64,000 nucleotides of DNA from Psilocybe cubensis (GCA_017499595.2 CM038999.1:3100001-3164000); one strand, 5' to 3'; numbered from the stretch's first letter, positions 34,710 to 52,520 are shown. Translations and numbers: made by a program. The notes: generated from the letters alone by a model not told the origin.

Positions 34710-36099
34710 ACCGGATAACTGGGAAATGTGTATACATTTGCATCGAAAAACTGGAAACTCCTTATATAACAGCGATTGGGAAAGGCGATGCATATCCTAG
34801 TAGTGTACAAGAAATACAGAGTACCTTGGCTATTTGTTTACTCAGCATGTATCCGTTTCCGAATACTATACCCTGAACATTATGGTCACTTGGCGGTGGT
34901 GGTGGTGGGTCTAAAGTTTTGTAACCTCAACAAAAGCTATATTCTTAGAGTCAAGAAATGGCTTGGCCATTTGGACGGTGGTTGTCAGGATCATCATGTG
35001 CATTTTATATCACTGACAAGCAAAATCCTGTCAGATGCATGAGCACTTCACCCCCGGCGGCATAGGATCTTTGCTGGAAGCTTAGACATGCCAACACGAA
35101 CCTCTGCAAAAATTCCGCAGGCATAACGAACAAGACGCAAACAACTAGCCAACATTGTGATGTCGCTATGTTCATATCGCGCACGCCCTCAGGTTGACCA
35201 CGATATGGAGTTACTATCTAAGATACCCTGCGAAGGTGTATAAGTGCTAAAGGCGATACCAACTTCAAGTCATTTCAATCCATTCTTTTCTTGGCGATTT
35301 TTGCTTTCTTCCATTCCGTTGAAGTGGCTTAAAAAAACATGGATTTATTTTATTTAGCTATAAGTATATTTTACCGCGGAGTTGCTGTATGATTAGGACT
35401 CGGACTTGCGTGTACACTGATGAAAACCCATTCAAATACCGCTGCACGACACTAATAGAAACGAATTACATGATACATCGTTTGCTTGCGAATGACCCAG
35501 CGATGAAATGTAAACGGACTACTTATGGATCAAAAATAATTTGATGCGCTCTTTGAGCTTCCTCTCTGTCTCCAATTGTATTTCTTCGTGATTGTGGGGG
35601 CATTTTGGCAGTGTTTGCAGTAGATCTTATTACTAGGGGTAACATAACAATAGACGGATAGTTGTCAGGAATGAAAAGATTGGGTGTATTCTGGACGGTG
35701 AAACCATTCTGCTGTGGAGAAATACCCAGAGCCAAGGTTCAAGAAACTTGAAGACTGGGTGAAGGACCAACAACAGAGTCACTGAAAAGGTTAGTCATAA
35801 GAGTATTGTCAGGATCAAGAAGGCATTTGTTTGTTTGGTTGTAAAGGGCTAGGCAGACAAAGACGTGTTGCGCCGAGAGAGTTGTGCGCGGAACAGGGGA
35901 GCTTCTTCGAGTTGTCTAATCGCAGTCGACAAGTCTTTACCGACTTTGTTGACAAAAGTTCTCACTTCTATATCACCCTGGCTTCTCGTCCAGATAATAC
36001 TGCTTCCCACCTCTACCCGTCCTCCACACTATATAAAGCGAGCTCACCGTAGCGCGTCTTCATTTCCATTTCATATTCACGTTTTGTACAACTAGTACT

Positions 36100-40069
<3,970 letters not shown>

Positions 40070-40220
40070 GTGGGTTGGGTTGGGTGTATTGGGTTAATGG
40101 TATGGTATGGCATGGTATGGGATAATGGGATGGGGGGATTTACGTGTATGGTATCGACGACGAACGAACGGACGGACGGACGGATGGATGGATGGATGAC
40201 ACAGACGACAGACGACAAGC
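40070..40220. repeat. Compound microsatellites (GGTT, ATGGT, GAAC/GGAC/GGAT) in the PMR1 3' region
   Basis: Direct reading of tandem short units. Confidence 0.8.
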
Positions 40221-42190
40221 ACCACTTGCGTGTTCTAAAAATTAACAAAGCGCTTTTCTGTTTTTGTTTTTTTGTTTTACGTATATATTTATATAGTACG
40301 TCGGGGTAACAGGTTTTGTTTTTTTGTTTTTTTAGTATGATACTTTGGAATACCTTAATTTATACCACATTTTCTATTCCTAGTCCTAGTTCTAGTTCTA
40401 TTCCTCCTCCTCCTTCTCGATCTCCTTCTGCTGTTGTCGTTGCTCTCCATCCGTCCGCCGAAAATTAAAACAGATGCTTGTGTATTGTAGTGATTATCAA
40501 GTTACAGTATGTGTCTACCTGGGTTGGTTCCTCTTCTATTGAAGACGACTTCGTGTTTTCTTTTTTTTTTTCGTTTTTTTCGTTGTTCGTTTGGTATTTT
40601 GTGAGTTTCATTTCACTGTACTGTGATAATGTAATAATTTGTTGTCGGAGGTGGGACGGAAGGGTACTCGAGTCCTGTTTGATAGGTTTGATCCGGCGGG
40701 GTATGTAAATTGTTTGAAGGCTGCGGAGGATCACCTCCGAGGTCTCCTCAGATCGTTTCCCCGCACACCCCCACAGGTACTATGTATATCTGTATATACA
40801 TATATCTATACGTATGTGTAGATTGTCGGTTCATCTCGGAGGGATTTATGTATTGCTAGTACCTGTAGACAAGGTTTCTGTTTTATTTAGAACATCTTGA
40901 TTTTTTTAGTGCATTTACTTTACTTACAATATTGACACCGGCTTTTCATTTTCAGTTTGATTGTCATTGTCATCGGTATGTTCGAAATAGACGAATACTT
41001 AGATCGACCTTGGATTGCTTCTAGCCTGTGGTGACGATGCATAACTAGTTCTAAGTTATGTCAAAATTTTGTAAAACAAAACAATCAGCTCCAAGTCGAC
41101 GTGTACGCTACGTGGATTAGCCCTAGGTTTTCCCGGGCGCGTTGAATACACTTTGAATAGGATGTTGACCTGTAAATGTGCTGTGTTGTGGAGTTTGGAT
41201 AGTCAAGTTGGACCGGGGCTGAATGGAATAGAATGCGGAGTGCGGAGGCGGTTCGGTGCTTTTGTTTTGCCTCTTTGGATGGTTTTAGGTAGGTATAAGC
41301 ACTGCTTGAGAGGAATTGTCGGAGAAATTGGACCTTGTAGCTTGTTAGATTGTAGTAGGCGCTACCTCTGTATATGGATATTGGAGGATCACCGGAGACA
41401 GTCCGGCTCCGATGCGTTTCTTTTTTTTACTGGAGTTTGGGTATATGGATAGTGGTAATAGGCGCCGAATTTTTGGAGTGGTTGTGGATTTTAATTGTAT
41501 TCGAAGTCGAAGTCGAAGATGGCAATTTTGGATAATTAATTGAATGGGACTTGTGAGCGGGGTTTGTGTGTTTTTGCTTGGCCTGGGTTGGATAATGAGA
41601 GCACCGCAGTCACCGGTGGACGGGTGATAAATTGCAGTAGCATATATCACTGACATCATTGCAATAGCGCCCACGAGTCTATCTTGGCACATTCACAGAG
41701 CTCTCGATGAGAGCCGGGAGGGCGAGGACCGTACCAGGACCGGGAACCTAAGAAGACGGACATCAAGGATGGATTTGAGCCGTTGCGCCAAAGACATATT
41801 TTAGATGAGATAGATGCTCAAGATAGCAAGCAAATAGTAGGCATGAGTATCCTTGCTATTTCTGTTGGTTATCGCGTCAATTTATCACGACGGGGCCGGT
41901 GGAGTAGTTACGCTGCGGTTTTGGCATGTGGAATTTGCCAGCGAGGTCTAGGAGGGACACATGGTGGGGACAGAGTGCATGTGAGAATCATGTGTGAATA
42001 GCAACAAGGCGGACTAAACATGGAGGAAAGACGGGAAGTCCTGCCAAGAATAGGCTGCGCGTGATCGGTACTGTGTTGACGCTCGCAAGAAACTCGTCTT
42101 CACCATCTCATCCAACTCAACGCCTTGTTCTGCTCTAGGTCATCGTCGTTGTCCAGCGCTTATTCGGTTGGCGACTTACTTTGTATTATT

Positions 42191-45100
42191 ATGGAGGACA
42201 CGGTCGCTTCTGCAGGGACCACCACTCCTTCCAACTCGCACTCGATCCCTCACTCGCCTCGTTCTGTCCGCGTGCATCCGAGTCCCTCTCCTCTCTCTTC
42301 TTCTTCACAACTACCACCACCAACTCTCCCAGTCCGTTCTCCCCTCCGTCCACCTGCCCGTTCCATTTCCAACAACTCCGCCACCCCCACACTAGACTCA
42401 GACGCCCCTCTGTCGCCCAAGACACCCCCAGGAACAGACGAGCAGGATCAGACAGTCACTCTCCCCATGACCACTCACCCCATGCCGTCCACACCGGCCC
42501 TGCGCATCCAGATGCGCGATAGGGAGAGAGAAAGAGAACGAGAAAAGGACAGAGACAGGGACAGAGAGAACGCCTATCCGTACCTCAACGAACTCATCGA
42601 CCCACTCCTAGCTACCATCGACAGCTTTAGTGTCGACCTCTTGCCTGCTAAACAAGAGAGAGAACGAGAAAAGGACCGGAATGCAGTCAAAGAGTTCGCT
42701 CCACGAGAAAGAGAAAGGGAGATTGAAAAAGAACTTCCTGAAAGACCAGAGACGCCACTTAGCATAGACCTCGAAGCAGAAGACGATTCTTCGCATTCAC
42801 ATTCCCAACACCCAGAAAATGACCAGGACGACGCTTTAGCAAACCCTACCAATTTCACAACCTCCGCCTCCGCTGCTGCCTACATGTCCAGCTACATGTC
42901 CTCTTTAGCGTCCACATCCACCTCCTCGCCATCTACCTCAACATCAACATCGATATCCTCCTCCTCCCGGTCCTCAGCGCCCACATCCATCACATCCTTA
43001 TCCTCCGTGTCCGAGCCTCAGCCCCAACCTCGGCCGCAAAAACATGATACTACCGCTACCACCACTACAAAACCACCACAAGCCATGTCGAAACGATACC
43101 ATGCAATGCACGAGCTGCTCTCCTCCGAGCGCGCGTATGCGTCCGATCTAGCTCTCATTAGGGAGGTACACATCCCATTGGCGTTAGGTGCGTTTCATCT
43201 TTTATTTTCTCATTTTTTCTTTCTTTTCTCTTCTTTCATTCCATGACTTTCTTTCGTTTTCTTTCCTTTCACTACCTTTCATTACTCTTTTGGCGTGTGG
43301 CTGGAGGCATGGGGTTTGGCACATTGCACACTGCACATTGCACATCGCACATCGGTACTATAGAGTCCGTGTACTTTTGTACGTACACACGTCCGTCCGT
43401 ACGGTACGTTCGGTACGTGCAGCCGTACAACGCGCTGTTCTTCAGCTCAGCAGCTTTCTGCACAACACGCACCATACCCTGCGCAACGGGGAGCTGCGCC
43501 GAACAAATCCTCGGGTGTCTTTCTCCGAGAACGGTTCGAGAAAACGGAACGATCGGTATTCTGGTCGTGTCCGTGTCTTGTTCTCCTTGGAAGGTGGAAA
43601 CGCAACGTGCGATGTGCGATGTTAGGAGCCACTACCTCGGATTTACTCTTGGAGCATGCTCTTGTCTTTTTTCGTTGGAGCAATTCACAGATTTGGGAAC
43701 GATGGACTTTTTGCTCTGATCGATTATTTTCGCTTTTGCTTGCTTGCATGACGTTATCCTTTTTTCTTCCTTTCACATCTTTTGCAATGCTTTACGGCTT
43801 ATGGGAACGACCATTTCCGTTCGCATTCAAATTTCGTTTTGGCTAGTAGTATGCCGTTGAGGCGGCGATGGTATCCATTTGATTTTATGTACTTCCCCTC
43901 CCCCTCACTCCCGCTCTACCCCACTCGGCATACGCTTGGGATAGAACGGGTTTTTGCTGCCTCTAGACTCCCTAGACTGGTGCTTCTTGGTTGCTGGTTT
44001 GGTTGTTGGTTAGATTAGCTTTGGGAGGTCTAGTCCGCGGTAGAGTGTAGCCTTGAGCCACTCTGACAGCCTACACTACTCTCCGCGCCGCCCTTCCTCC
44101 ATTCCTCCGCCACTTACTTTCTTTCCTGGACTTCTCGCGCACTCCGCTTTCGCGCTATACGTTACTATACCAAACTCTACTTTTCACTTTCACTTTTCTT
44201 TTTCGCTTCTCTTTTTAATTAATTTTTTTTTCTTATGATCCACTTGTGGAGATGAAACTAAAAACTAATTTTTCTTTGGATTCTAGGCCAGACGCCAATG
44301 CTGCAAAACATACCTCTATCCCCGCCGCCCGCCTCCGGGTCTTCCTTCGCGCCGGCGTCCACTCCCAACTTGACATCCGCGTCGTCAACATCAGCATCAG
44401 CATTCACGTCAACAACTACGACGACATCTAACCCGACCTCGGGCTCCTCGTCCACCCGCACGCTCTCCACGGCCTCTGACTCGTCGACTGCGTCGCTGGG
44501 ACCGGCGATGGCGCCTGAGGATGTCAAGGTTATCTTTGGCAATGTTGAAGAGCTGGCGCTGCTGAGCGATGCGTTTGCGGATCGGCTCGAGGTTGCGCTG
44601 GGTAGCGTGTTGGACGGAGGAGCCGAAGGGGACGATACTATCGGTGCACTGTTCCTGGAATGCGTGCGTATTTATTTCTTTTTTTACTTTTCAGGCTTTA
44701 TTCAAATCTTTTGGGTAGGTCCCGATGTGGGAGCGGCCGTACAAGCAATATATTACGCGGCATCCAAGCGCGCTGCAGCACCTGCAGAATCTACCACAGA
44801 CACCCGCGCTGACGGCGTATCTTGCGTACACGCAGCGCGTCGCGTCCGCGCTTACGCACGCGTGGGATCTCGCGTCGCTGCTCATCAAGCCCGTGCAGCG
44901 GCTGCTCAAGTACCCGCTGCTCCTGCACACGATCATCGACGAGACGCCGGATTCGCATCCGGACAAGGAGAACCTCAAGGCTGCGAAAGAGCGTATTGAG
45001 GAGCTGGCAAGGAATGTGAATGAGGGGAGAAGGCGCGCGGAGGTGGTGAAGGATGTGTTGACGAGTAAAGGGGTAAAGAAGCCTAGTGCGCCCGTGGGTG

Positions 45101-47616
45101 TGAGTGCGGGTGTGAGTCTGAGTAAAGTGAAGAGTCTGCGGCACGGCGGGGTGACGGCGGCGACGATGCGCGTGGGCAGCAGCGACGCGCTGGACGGCAG
45201 CCGGCCCGGAGGTACAGGTGGGGGCAGCGAAGCGGCGCTGGTGGACGCGCTGCAGGGCGAGCTGAAGCAGATCGAGGTGTTTGCGCAGCAGTTTGCGAGG
45301 AATGTGGTGGATTGGGGTAAGATGATGTCCAATATGATGCTCGCGCTGCGCACGTGGGCGTTGTCCTTTGCCAAAGTTATTGGGCTTGCGCTTGACCCTC
45401 ATGCGGCGTCTGATGCGGCGGGCCAGCAGCAGCACTCGGAGGCATTCGACGCGTTCGTCGCGGTCATCCGCGAGAAACTTATGCCTCTTTCTGCGGACCT
45501 CGAAGCAGCGATCAACGAACGGCTGCTCAAGGACCTCGCGCACCTCCTCGGGACGATGACGCAGCCGCTCAAGCTTCTCGCGTCGATGGGCGAGCAGGAG
45601 CCGTACCACTACCACCTCCTCACGATGCCCCTCTCCGCCAAGAACCGACCCCCCGCCGCGCTCCTCGCCGCATCGACCAACTACCTCGCGCTGCGCGGCC
45701 AGCTCGCCGCGGAACTGCCGACGTACCTGCAGCTGCTGCACCGCGGGTTCAGCGTGCTCATCCGGCGGCTCGCCGAGTTGCAGACGCGGTTCTGGCGCGA
45801 TGTGAAGGAGCACTGGGCGGAGCTGTGGGATATGCTCCGCGTGGAGAGTGAGTTGAATGTAGGGTGGGAGGAGACGTGTGCGGTGTGGTGTGCGCGCTGG
45901 GCGGATGTGGATGAGGTCGTCAAGACGCTCGCGATCACGGGCCCTGTGCCGCATTTGCAGCCTACGCCGCGGACGTACTTTTATACGTACCAGCTTCCGC
46001 CTTCGGGGGCTGCCACGCCTGCTGCTGCTGCTGCGGTTGTGGCGAGCCCGCTGGTCGCTCAGCAGCAACAGCAGCAGCAGCCAACGGAGCTCGCGGAGTA
46101 TTTTGCGTATCCTAATTTTTATATGCCGATGGTACCTGCGCCTGCGACGCCCAAGGACCGACGCGAGAGTGGGAGCAGTGGGAATAGTAACAGTAAGCTG
46201 GAGAAACACAACTCGAAATCTAGCGGGCACAGCGGCAAGGGTGCGCATAACAGCAATGGCAACAACAAGGATAACGCCGCCGCCGCTGCGACAGTACAAT
46301 CCATGTTCGCCGCGCTCGAACCGGCACATTCGCCTGTTCACCACAAAAAATCGACGATCAACAGTTCCTCATTCGCATCCTCGCCAGCACCAGCACCCGC
46401 GCCCGCGACCGCATCGAGCTCGACGGCCAACGTCGCCTCGCCGTCGGGTGGCTTCGTGCCGTCGATGGTCAGCAGCTCCTTGTTTGGCGGCGGAGCGTCG
46501 ATGTACAGCGTCTCGGGCCCGTTGCCCTTAGGCTCTGTGCCTGTCCCGCGTGATAAAAAGGAGAAAGAGCGAGATAGCAGAGGCCGCGGCCGCGGCGCGA
46601 GTGATGCCAGCTCCAACAAGGCGGGATACGGTACGAGCGGGCGACGACCCGCCTCGCAGGACCGCCAGTACCCTCATTACCCGCAATCTCCACCACCTCC
46701 GCCGCCGTTGCCCCAGCAGCACATGGCACGTTCGCCGCCGCCCCAGTCGCCGCCGATCCCTGCGCGGAGGCGTACCCAAGGCCATGTAGCCCTCGCGGAT
46801 GAGTTTGCGGAGTATGTTGCCATGCATGGCGGGGCGCTGCCGCCGCCGTATGAGGGTGCGCGGGAGTACCCGTATTCGCCCCCGTCTGGGAGTGGTGGTA
46901 ATGGCACCGCGAGTTCTAGGCAGGGTATTTCGCGGATGAAGTCTATGCCTGTGAGCTTGGGCGGGCACGGAAACGGACATGTGCAGGTTGATGAGCGCGA
47001 GGAAAGGGTGTATCGCCAGGAGCCTGAGTGGGAGGAGTATGACGCTTATGCGCCACAGCATCAGCAACTGCGGCCCCAGGAGCGCGGGCGAGATGCCAGG
47101 GAGCACGAGCAGCAGAGGGACCGCGAGTTCGATGGAAAGCGGCTGACGAAAAGTCCAAAGAGGCGGTCGAAGGAGCAGACGCACTCGCGGAAGCGCTCAG
47201 GGTCCGTCAAGTCCATCACGGCTTTCTTCACTTCGTCCAACCCCAACATCTCCTCCACCGCTGCCGCCGCTGCCTCTGCTGCTGCCGCGCCCCAAACCAC
47301 TGCCTCGTCGGACCCACAACCGCTCACCTCGGCACAGCGCGACTCGTGGGCATCCAAACCCGCGAAATACTTCTGTCAAGTGATCCATCCATGCAAACCG
47401 CCGCCGTCGATATCGTACTACTCCTTCCCGTTCTTCACGCTGCGCGAGGGCGAGCTGTATGAGGTGCTCCAGGAGGCCGGGCACCCGAGCATCCACCCAA
47501 AGTTGCCGCTGTATGTTGACGATGGCGAGGATTGCTTGTTGCTGTGTCGGGACGGGCGGGGTGTGGTTGGATGGGCGCTGGCGAGCTTTTTGGAGCCGGT
47601 TGATATTGTCGGGTGA
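42191..47616 (+). CDS. Rho guanine-nucleotide exchange factor (DH domain, probable BAR-like helical region, C-terminal SH3-like segment)
   Basis: HELLSSERAYASDL, IFGNVEEL, WDLASLLIKPVQRLLKYPLLL..I...TP..HPD, NVNEGRR; introns at 43188-44286 and ~44664-44719. Confidence 0.88.
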
Positions 47617-49492
47617 AGTTTTTGGTGATAGGTATGAATTGTCATCGGTGAAAGCGAGGGGGGGAATGTTGAGGTTTTTTTTTTTTGTGTCATTGCTGAT
47701 TTGGTTTTGATTTTTTTTTTCTCTTTGCAGTTTTTTGTTCTCTGCTTTTTCTTTATTTTTTGTTCTTTTGTCTCCTGTGCCATATGTTCTCTTTTTCTCT
47801 CTCCTTTTGTCGGACTCTTGTGCTGTGATGTTTGATCCTAATGTAATATGTTGTATATCGCCCCTTGTATTCTATTGTACTGCATTGTACTTGTGTTTTC
47901 CCCATCTCTTGCTCTCTTCCGCTCCTCCACCCATCTATCCATCTACATCATTACTATCCGCACTCTCCTTTTCTTTTCTTTTCTCCATCTCCACTATCAT
48001 TCTATCTCATCCTCCATTCTCATTGCATTGCATCTCCATCTTCACACATCCCAGCACCGCTGCACGCTACTATCCCTCGGAATTGGAATCGGAAAACCGA
48101 TACACACAACACACAACACACACATCCCTATCTATACAACAACATTGCATCGTCTTGTAACTCAAACTGTCAACCGACACCCATCTCATTCTTTTTTCTT
48201 GGATAACTGTTGTCTCTTTCTCTCTCCTTGTCAACTCATCTCTGGTCTCTCCTTCTCTCTCTCTATTTTCTGTTCTGAGTTCATCCACCATCCACTCCTT
48301 TTTCTACCCTTTTTTGTTTTGGTTCACAGACAGACAGGTAGACTTTTGTTTGGTCTTCATGGAATCTGGAACCAGGTTTGGGTTGTATGGTTTCTGTAGG
48401 TTGTAGATGTGTACCCTGTAAGTAGCGTAGCTGTTCACAAAAACATGATATAATTATTGAGATTAAGGTTTGGGGGCGAGTTTGTTGCATATATTGAGGG
48501 CCCTATGTGGTGCAAGTGCAGATAGAAGAGAGTAAAACGTACATCGATAGATCAGGTCATCAGAGGTAACACAAAAAATAGAAAACACCTTCTCCGTCCA
48601 TTCAAAGCAGCCTATGAAAGCGCTAAAACACTCGAGGCTAGCCTGGCCCATCTTGTAGTCGACATACTAATAACTTTCGAATATTTACATTCCGAAGTCG
48701 GTATTTTATTCCTGCGGTAGTTTGAAGACATGCGTATGTGTATGCGAGAGGTGAAAGATAAGGTGTGATCAATCTGGTTGTATCATACTATCATATCACC
48801 CGTGACATTCCAAACGATCTATGACACGGGCAAGCTGCCGCTAAAATTTTAGTACTCATCTCCAATCCCTTGACAGAATAGAGATATGTTATGGTTGAAG
48901 ATATTATGGATATCCGCAAATAAAACACAGAAAATATAACCAAAATGTGTATGAAGAAAAGGTATAAAAGGAGGGGAGAGCATCGTAGTATATCCCCAGC
49001 AAAATAACTCGTCTACTGTTGTGAGCTACCTGCTCCTTTTTAGCCATTCCATTCAACTAATTTCAAATCGTCATACTTGGGATAGATTCTGAACAAGTGT
49101 ATGCACATTCTACATCCATGGATGTGAACCACCAACGACTGACGAATGTCCTACCAGAATGAAATTCTTCATCGTTCTCAGCGCCCTCCTCGCCAGCGCC
49201 ACTACCGTACTCGCCTCTCCAGTCGAGGACAATGCATCAGCGGAAAAGGTTTTTTTCAGTAGTACACACCTATATTACAGTAGACACCGTAGTAACCACA
49301 CTTTCCAGTAGCCTTTTTTGCACTTAGTAGCCTTACATAACATCATTATCTAATATATTTTCATTACATAGGTTTAATACATTGTATTCACAATATACAG
49401 TAATTTATGGAAACTATATAATCAAGGCCCATGCAACATACAGTAGTACTTACAATATACTTATAGACTTTGTAGTCTGCGAGCGAAATAAA

Positions 49493-49564
49493 TGGCCTGC
49501 TCAAGGATTGAACCGTCAACCTTAGCCAAAAATAGACTGTCCTTAACCAGTAGACCATAAGACT
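49493..49564 (-). other. Degenerate tRNA-like unit (Pol III A/B boxes) inside the TIR element
   Basis: TGGTCTACTGGTTAAGGACA (A box/D arm) ... GGTTCAATCC (B box) ... GGCCA; stems partly broken. Confidence 0.65.
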
Positions 49565-49749
49565 TTACAAAACAATATGGACTATAGCATAAATGTCAAT
49601 TGAGTTATGGGATTTTATGATATGGAATTAGATGGAATAGAATAAGTGGAATAACAACAATACTAATGTCAATGTTAACAAACACAACACAGAGTCCAAA
49701 TAATGGATTCAATAGTGGATATTGACATATAACTCTCAATCTATTTATA

Positions 49750-49820
49750 GGTCATATAGCTCAGTGGTAAAGTATTGGCAACATACTTGGGAGTCATTGG
49801 TTCGATTCTAGTCCTAACCA
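49750..49820 (+). other. Degenerate tRNA-like unit (Pol III A/B boxes) inside the TIR element
   Basis: GGTCATA TAGCTCAGTGGTAAAGT ... ATTGG TTCGATT CTAGT CCTAACCA followed by TTTT; anticodon arm does not pair well. Confidence 0.7.
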
Positions 49821-52220
49821 TATCTTTTCTGTTGTTATTTACTTAACAGATTCTGATAGTAGACAAGTTGAAGAGAGTTAGATAGAGGTATAATATATTG
49901 TTAGACTGGATGGAGGCTTACTATCCAAAGTCAGCTAATTGGACGGAGTAGAATGGCTAATAAAGATATTAATGATACCAACTGTCCTATTAATGATTTT
50001 TACTCAATATTAAATTGCGCATAAAAATATATAGTTAGCAATGTAGTACCTATAGATTAATATTATACTATTTATTAAAATTACAGAAGACTACAAAAGC
50101 TACATATATGACTAAGAAATCTACAGAATCTACTGACTTTTGGTAGGAAGCTACAGGAGCAATAAAATAGGAGGGCAGTCAACAAGACTACCCAGCCTAT
50201 TATACAACCATAGCACTACTGAATTTTTTCTTTTTCTGCAGATGTGTTTCCTCCCTTCAATTCGCGCAGGACGGTCCCGCACCGGACGGCTGCTACTAGG
50301 AGGGCGCAGCCCCCTTCTGCGGTGCAAGCTCGTGCACCCAAGGATATACCGAGATCGACCGTGGCAATTGCGGCGACGGCGCCTGCTGCTGGACCGGCAC
50401 CAAGACGCTCTGCTGCACCAAGGCTGCCACTGCCGCTGCAAAGAAGAAGATCACTCATCCCCAGCAAATTTAAAACATTCTAAATTCGATGGAGCATATC
50501 GTACACACAGTTATGTACCCATTTTATCAAATGTTTACGCTGTCAAGAGAAGAGTTTTTCAATGTTGGCACTGTTGCCTTCCTTCCATAGCCTGAGTTAT
50601 TTTGGTCCATTCAAATTAGGCGCCTTGATGAGTCATGACCATCAAGCCTTTAGTCCGGCAAATTGCGAAGCCAAGAAAAATTCATGAAAATACCATATTT
50701 GCGACTTGTTGTAAAGATGATAAGTGAGATATACTTGTATAAATCACCGTGTATTCTATTGTATTGCATTGTTGCAAATCCTCCCTCAGAGGATCGTCTC
50801 TTATAAGGCACCAGTCCTGTAAGGATTGCCCCCTTTTTTAGCCGGCATCAATCGGCTTCACTTTGACTGCGGTATTTTTGCTGGTGATTGCAGTCCAGAC
50901 ATTGTCCGGCGGGAATGCCGAGTGATTGCCGGGGAATCCGAACCAGCACTGGGTCACGTTTCCCTATTTCTTGTTTTCCTCTGCTCCTTTTCTTTTCTCT
51001 TCCACTCTCATTCTAAATCTCTTTGCATATGGCATAGCCTGCATTTATACACATGAAGCATTACTGCACGATGTTGTCCTTCGGAATTGGAATCGGGAAT
51101 CCAACACACTCTCAATACCACTTATCATAATATGGGCCTTGCATCATCATGAAACTCGTATTGTCAACCGACACCCATCTCATTTTTCTTTCTTCTTGGA
51201 TGAACATACTCTCTCTCTCTCTCTCTTTATCACCCTTCTGCACTCATCTTTTACCTCTCACTGTTTTTTCTTTTGTTTTCGCTCTCTTTCTTGCCACCCT
51301 TTCGTTTTGGTTCACGGAAGGACGAATGGACTTGTTTGGTCCTCTGGAATCAGAATTAGGCTGTAGGTGTATACTCTATGAAAGCGCATAGGTATCCCCA
51401 AAATCATGGTATAATGATCGTAATCAAGCCTTGGACACGAGTTTGTAGTAGCAATTCGTGTGTTTGACACGTAAAGACGCAAACACAGAGATCGCCTCAT
51501 CCAAGCATTTAATGGGATTCAAATACATAGTAAGCCTTTATGTCATGTGGATGGAGACGCTAAAATTCTGTTGCATGATTTTACACACGTTAATATAGTT
51601 CCAAGTTTAGTCCTCAATGCGTCCAGCTCATAACTTAAGACGCCTTGGAGCAAGTCCTATGCCCCCAAATAGTAAACATCGGCCTTCTCTGTCAATCAAA
51701 GGCTATCCTATCAAAACACTAAAACAATTGCTAGCTTGAAGTCGATGCACTATTAACTTACAAATCTGTAAATTTGGGACTTAAGTTTTGCTGTGGTTTG
51801 AAGGCAGACGCATGGGTATTCAAGAGGTGAAAGATAAGGGGGCTATAGCATATCTCCCTTGCTATTCCACGCAATCTGCGACAAAGGTAAGTGCTACTAA
51901 ATATTTAGTACTCATCACAGATCCCCTTACAGAATAGAGGTATCGTAATGTTGAAGAAACTACGGAATAATCGCAACAAAAAGCAGAAAAACCGGTAGAA
52001 ATTTGCTTGGAGAAAAGGTATAAAGGAGAGGCATGGATCGTGGAATATCCTCAGCGAAGTATCTCGTTTACTATTGTAAGCCACCTGCACTCTTCCAACC
52101 ATTCTATTCAACTGATTTCAAATCATCATTATACTTGGGATAGATTGCGAACAAGCGTAAGTACATTCTGCAGCCGTGGATGTGATCCACCAAACACTGA
52201 CAACTTTACACTCTAATAGA

Positions 52221-52520
52221 ATGAAATTCTTCATCGTCTTCAGCGCCCTCCTCGCCAGCGCCTCTACCGTGCTCGCCTCTCCTGCCGAGGACACAACCTC
52301 CTCCCTTCAATTCGCGCAGGACGGCACGGCACCCAACGGATGCCACTGGGAGGGCACTGCACCCTTCTGTGCAGGTTCGTGCGCCCAAGGGTATACCGAG
52401 ATCGATCGTGGCGGGTGCGGCGACGGCGCCTGCTGCATCACTGGAATCAAGACACTGTGCTGCACTCAGGCTGCCGCTGCCGCTGCAAAGAAGAAGATTG
52501 CTAACGCCAAGCCAATTTAA
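52221..52520 (+). CDS. Small secreted cysteine-rich protein (99 aa, 8 Cys), intact copy
   Basis: Signal peptide MKFFIVFSALLASASTVLA; CHWEGTAPFCAGSC...CGDGACC...TLCC; TATA at ~52019 and a probable 5'-UTR intron ending just before the ATG. Confidence 0.88.
   Translation: MKFFIVFSALLASASTVLASPAEDTTSSLQFAQDGTAPNGCHWEGTAPFCAGSCAQGYTEIDRGGCGDGACCITGIKTLCCTQAAAAAAKKKIANAKPI

Larger units (their letters stand above)
49235..50244. mobile_element. Non-autonomous TIR DNA transposon (MITE-like, possibly CMC/EnSpm-related) with 2-bp TG TSD
   Basis: Imperfect TIR CATC(A/T)GC(G/A)GAAAA..TCAGTAGT; TG at 49233-49234 and 50245-50246; excision restores the frame GAC AAT GTT TCC; GTAG arrays at left and CTAC arrays at right; AT-rich; no transposase ORF. 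Confidence 0.85.
49159..50473 (+). pseudogene. Small secreted Cys-rich protein, copy 1; disrupted by a 1010-bp TIR element and a TGG>TAG stop
   Basis: MKFFIVLSALLASATTVLASPVEDN|insert|VSSLQFAQDGPAPDGCY*EGAAPFCGASSC..., homologous to 52221-52520. Confidence 0.9.

Noticed and set aside
44791-47496. Long antisense ORFs (517 aa and others) opposite the RhoGEF, similarly opposite PMR1
   Set aside because: Expected shadows of GC-rich codon usage; no recognisable domains
49493-49820. Functional tRNA genes
   Set aside because: Acceptor and anticodon stems are broken and no anticodon can be assigned; reported only as tRNA-like units
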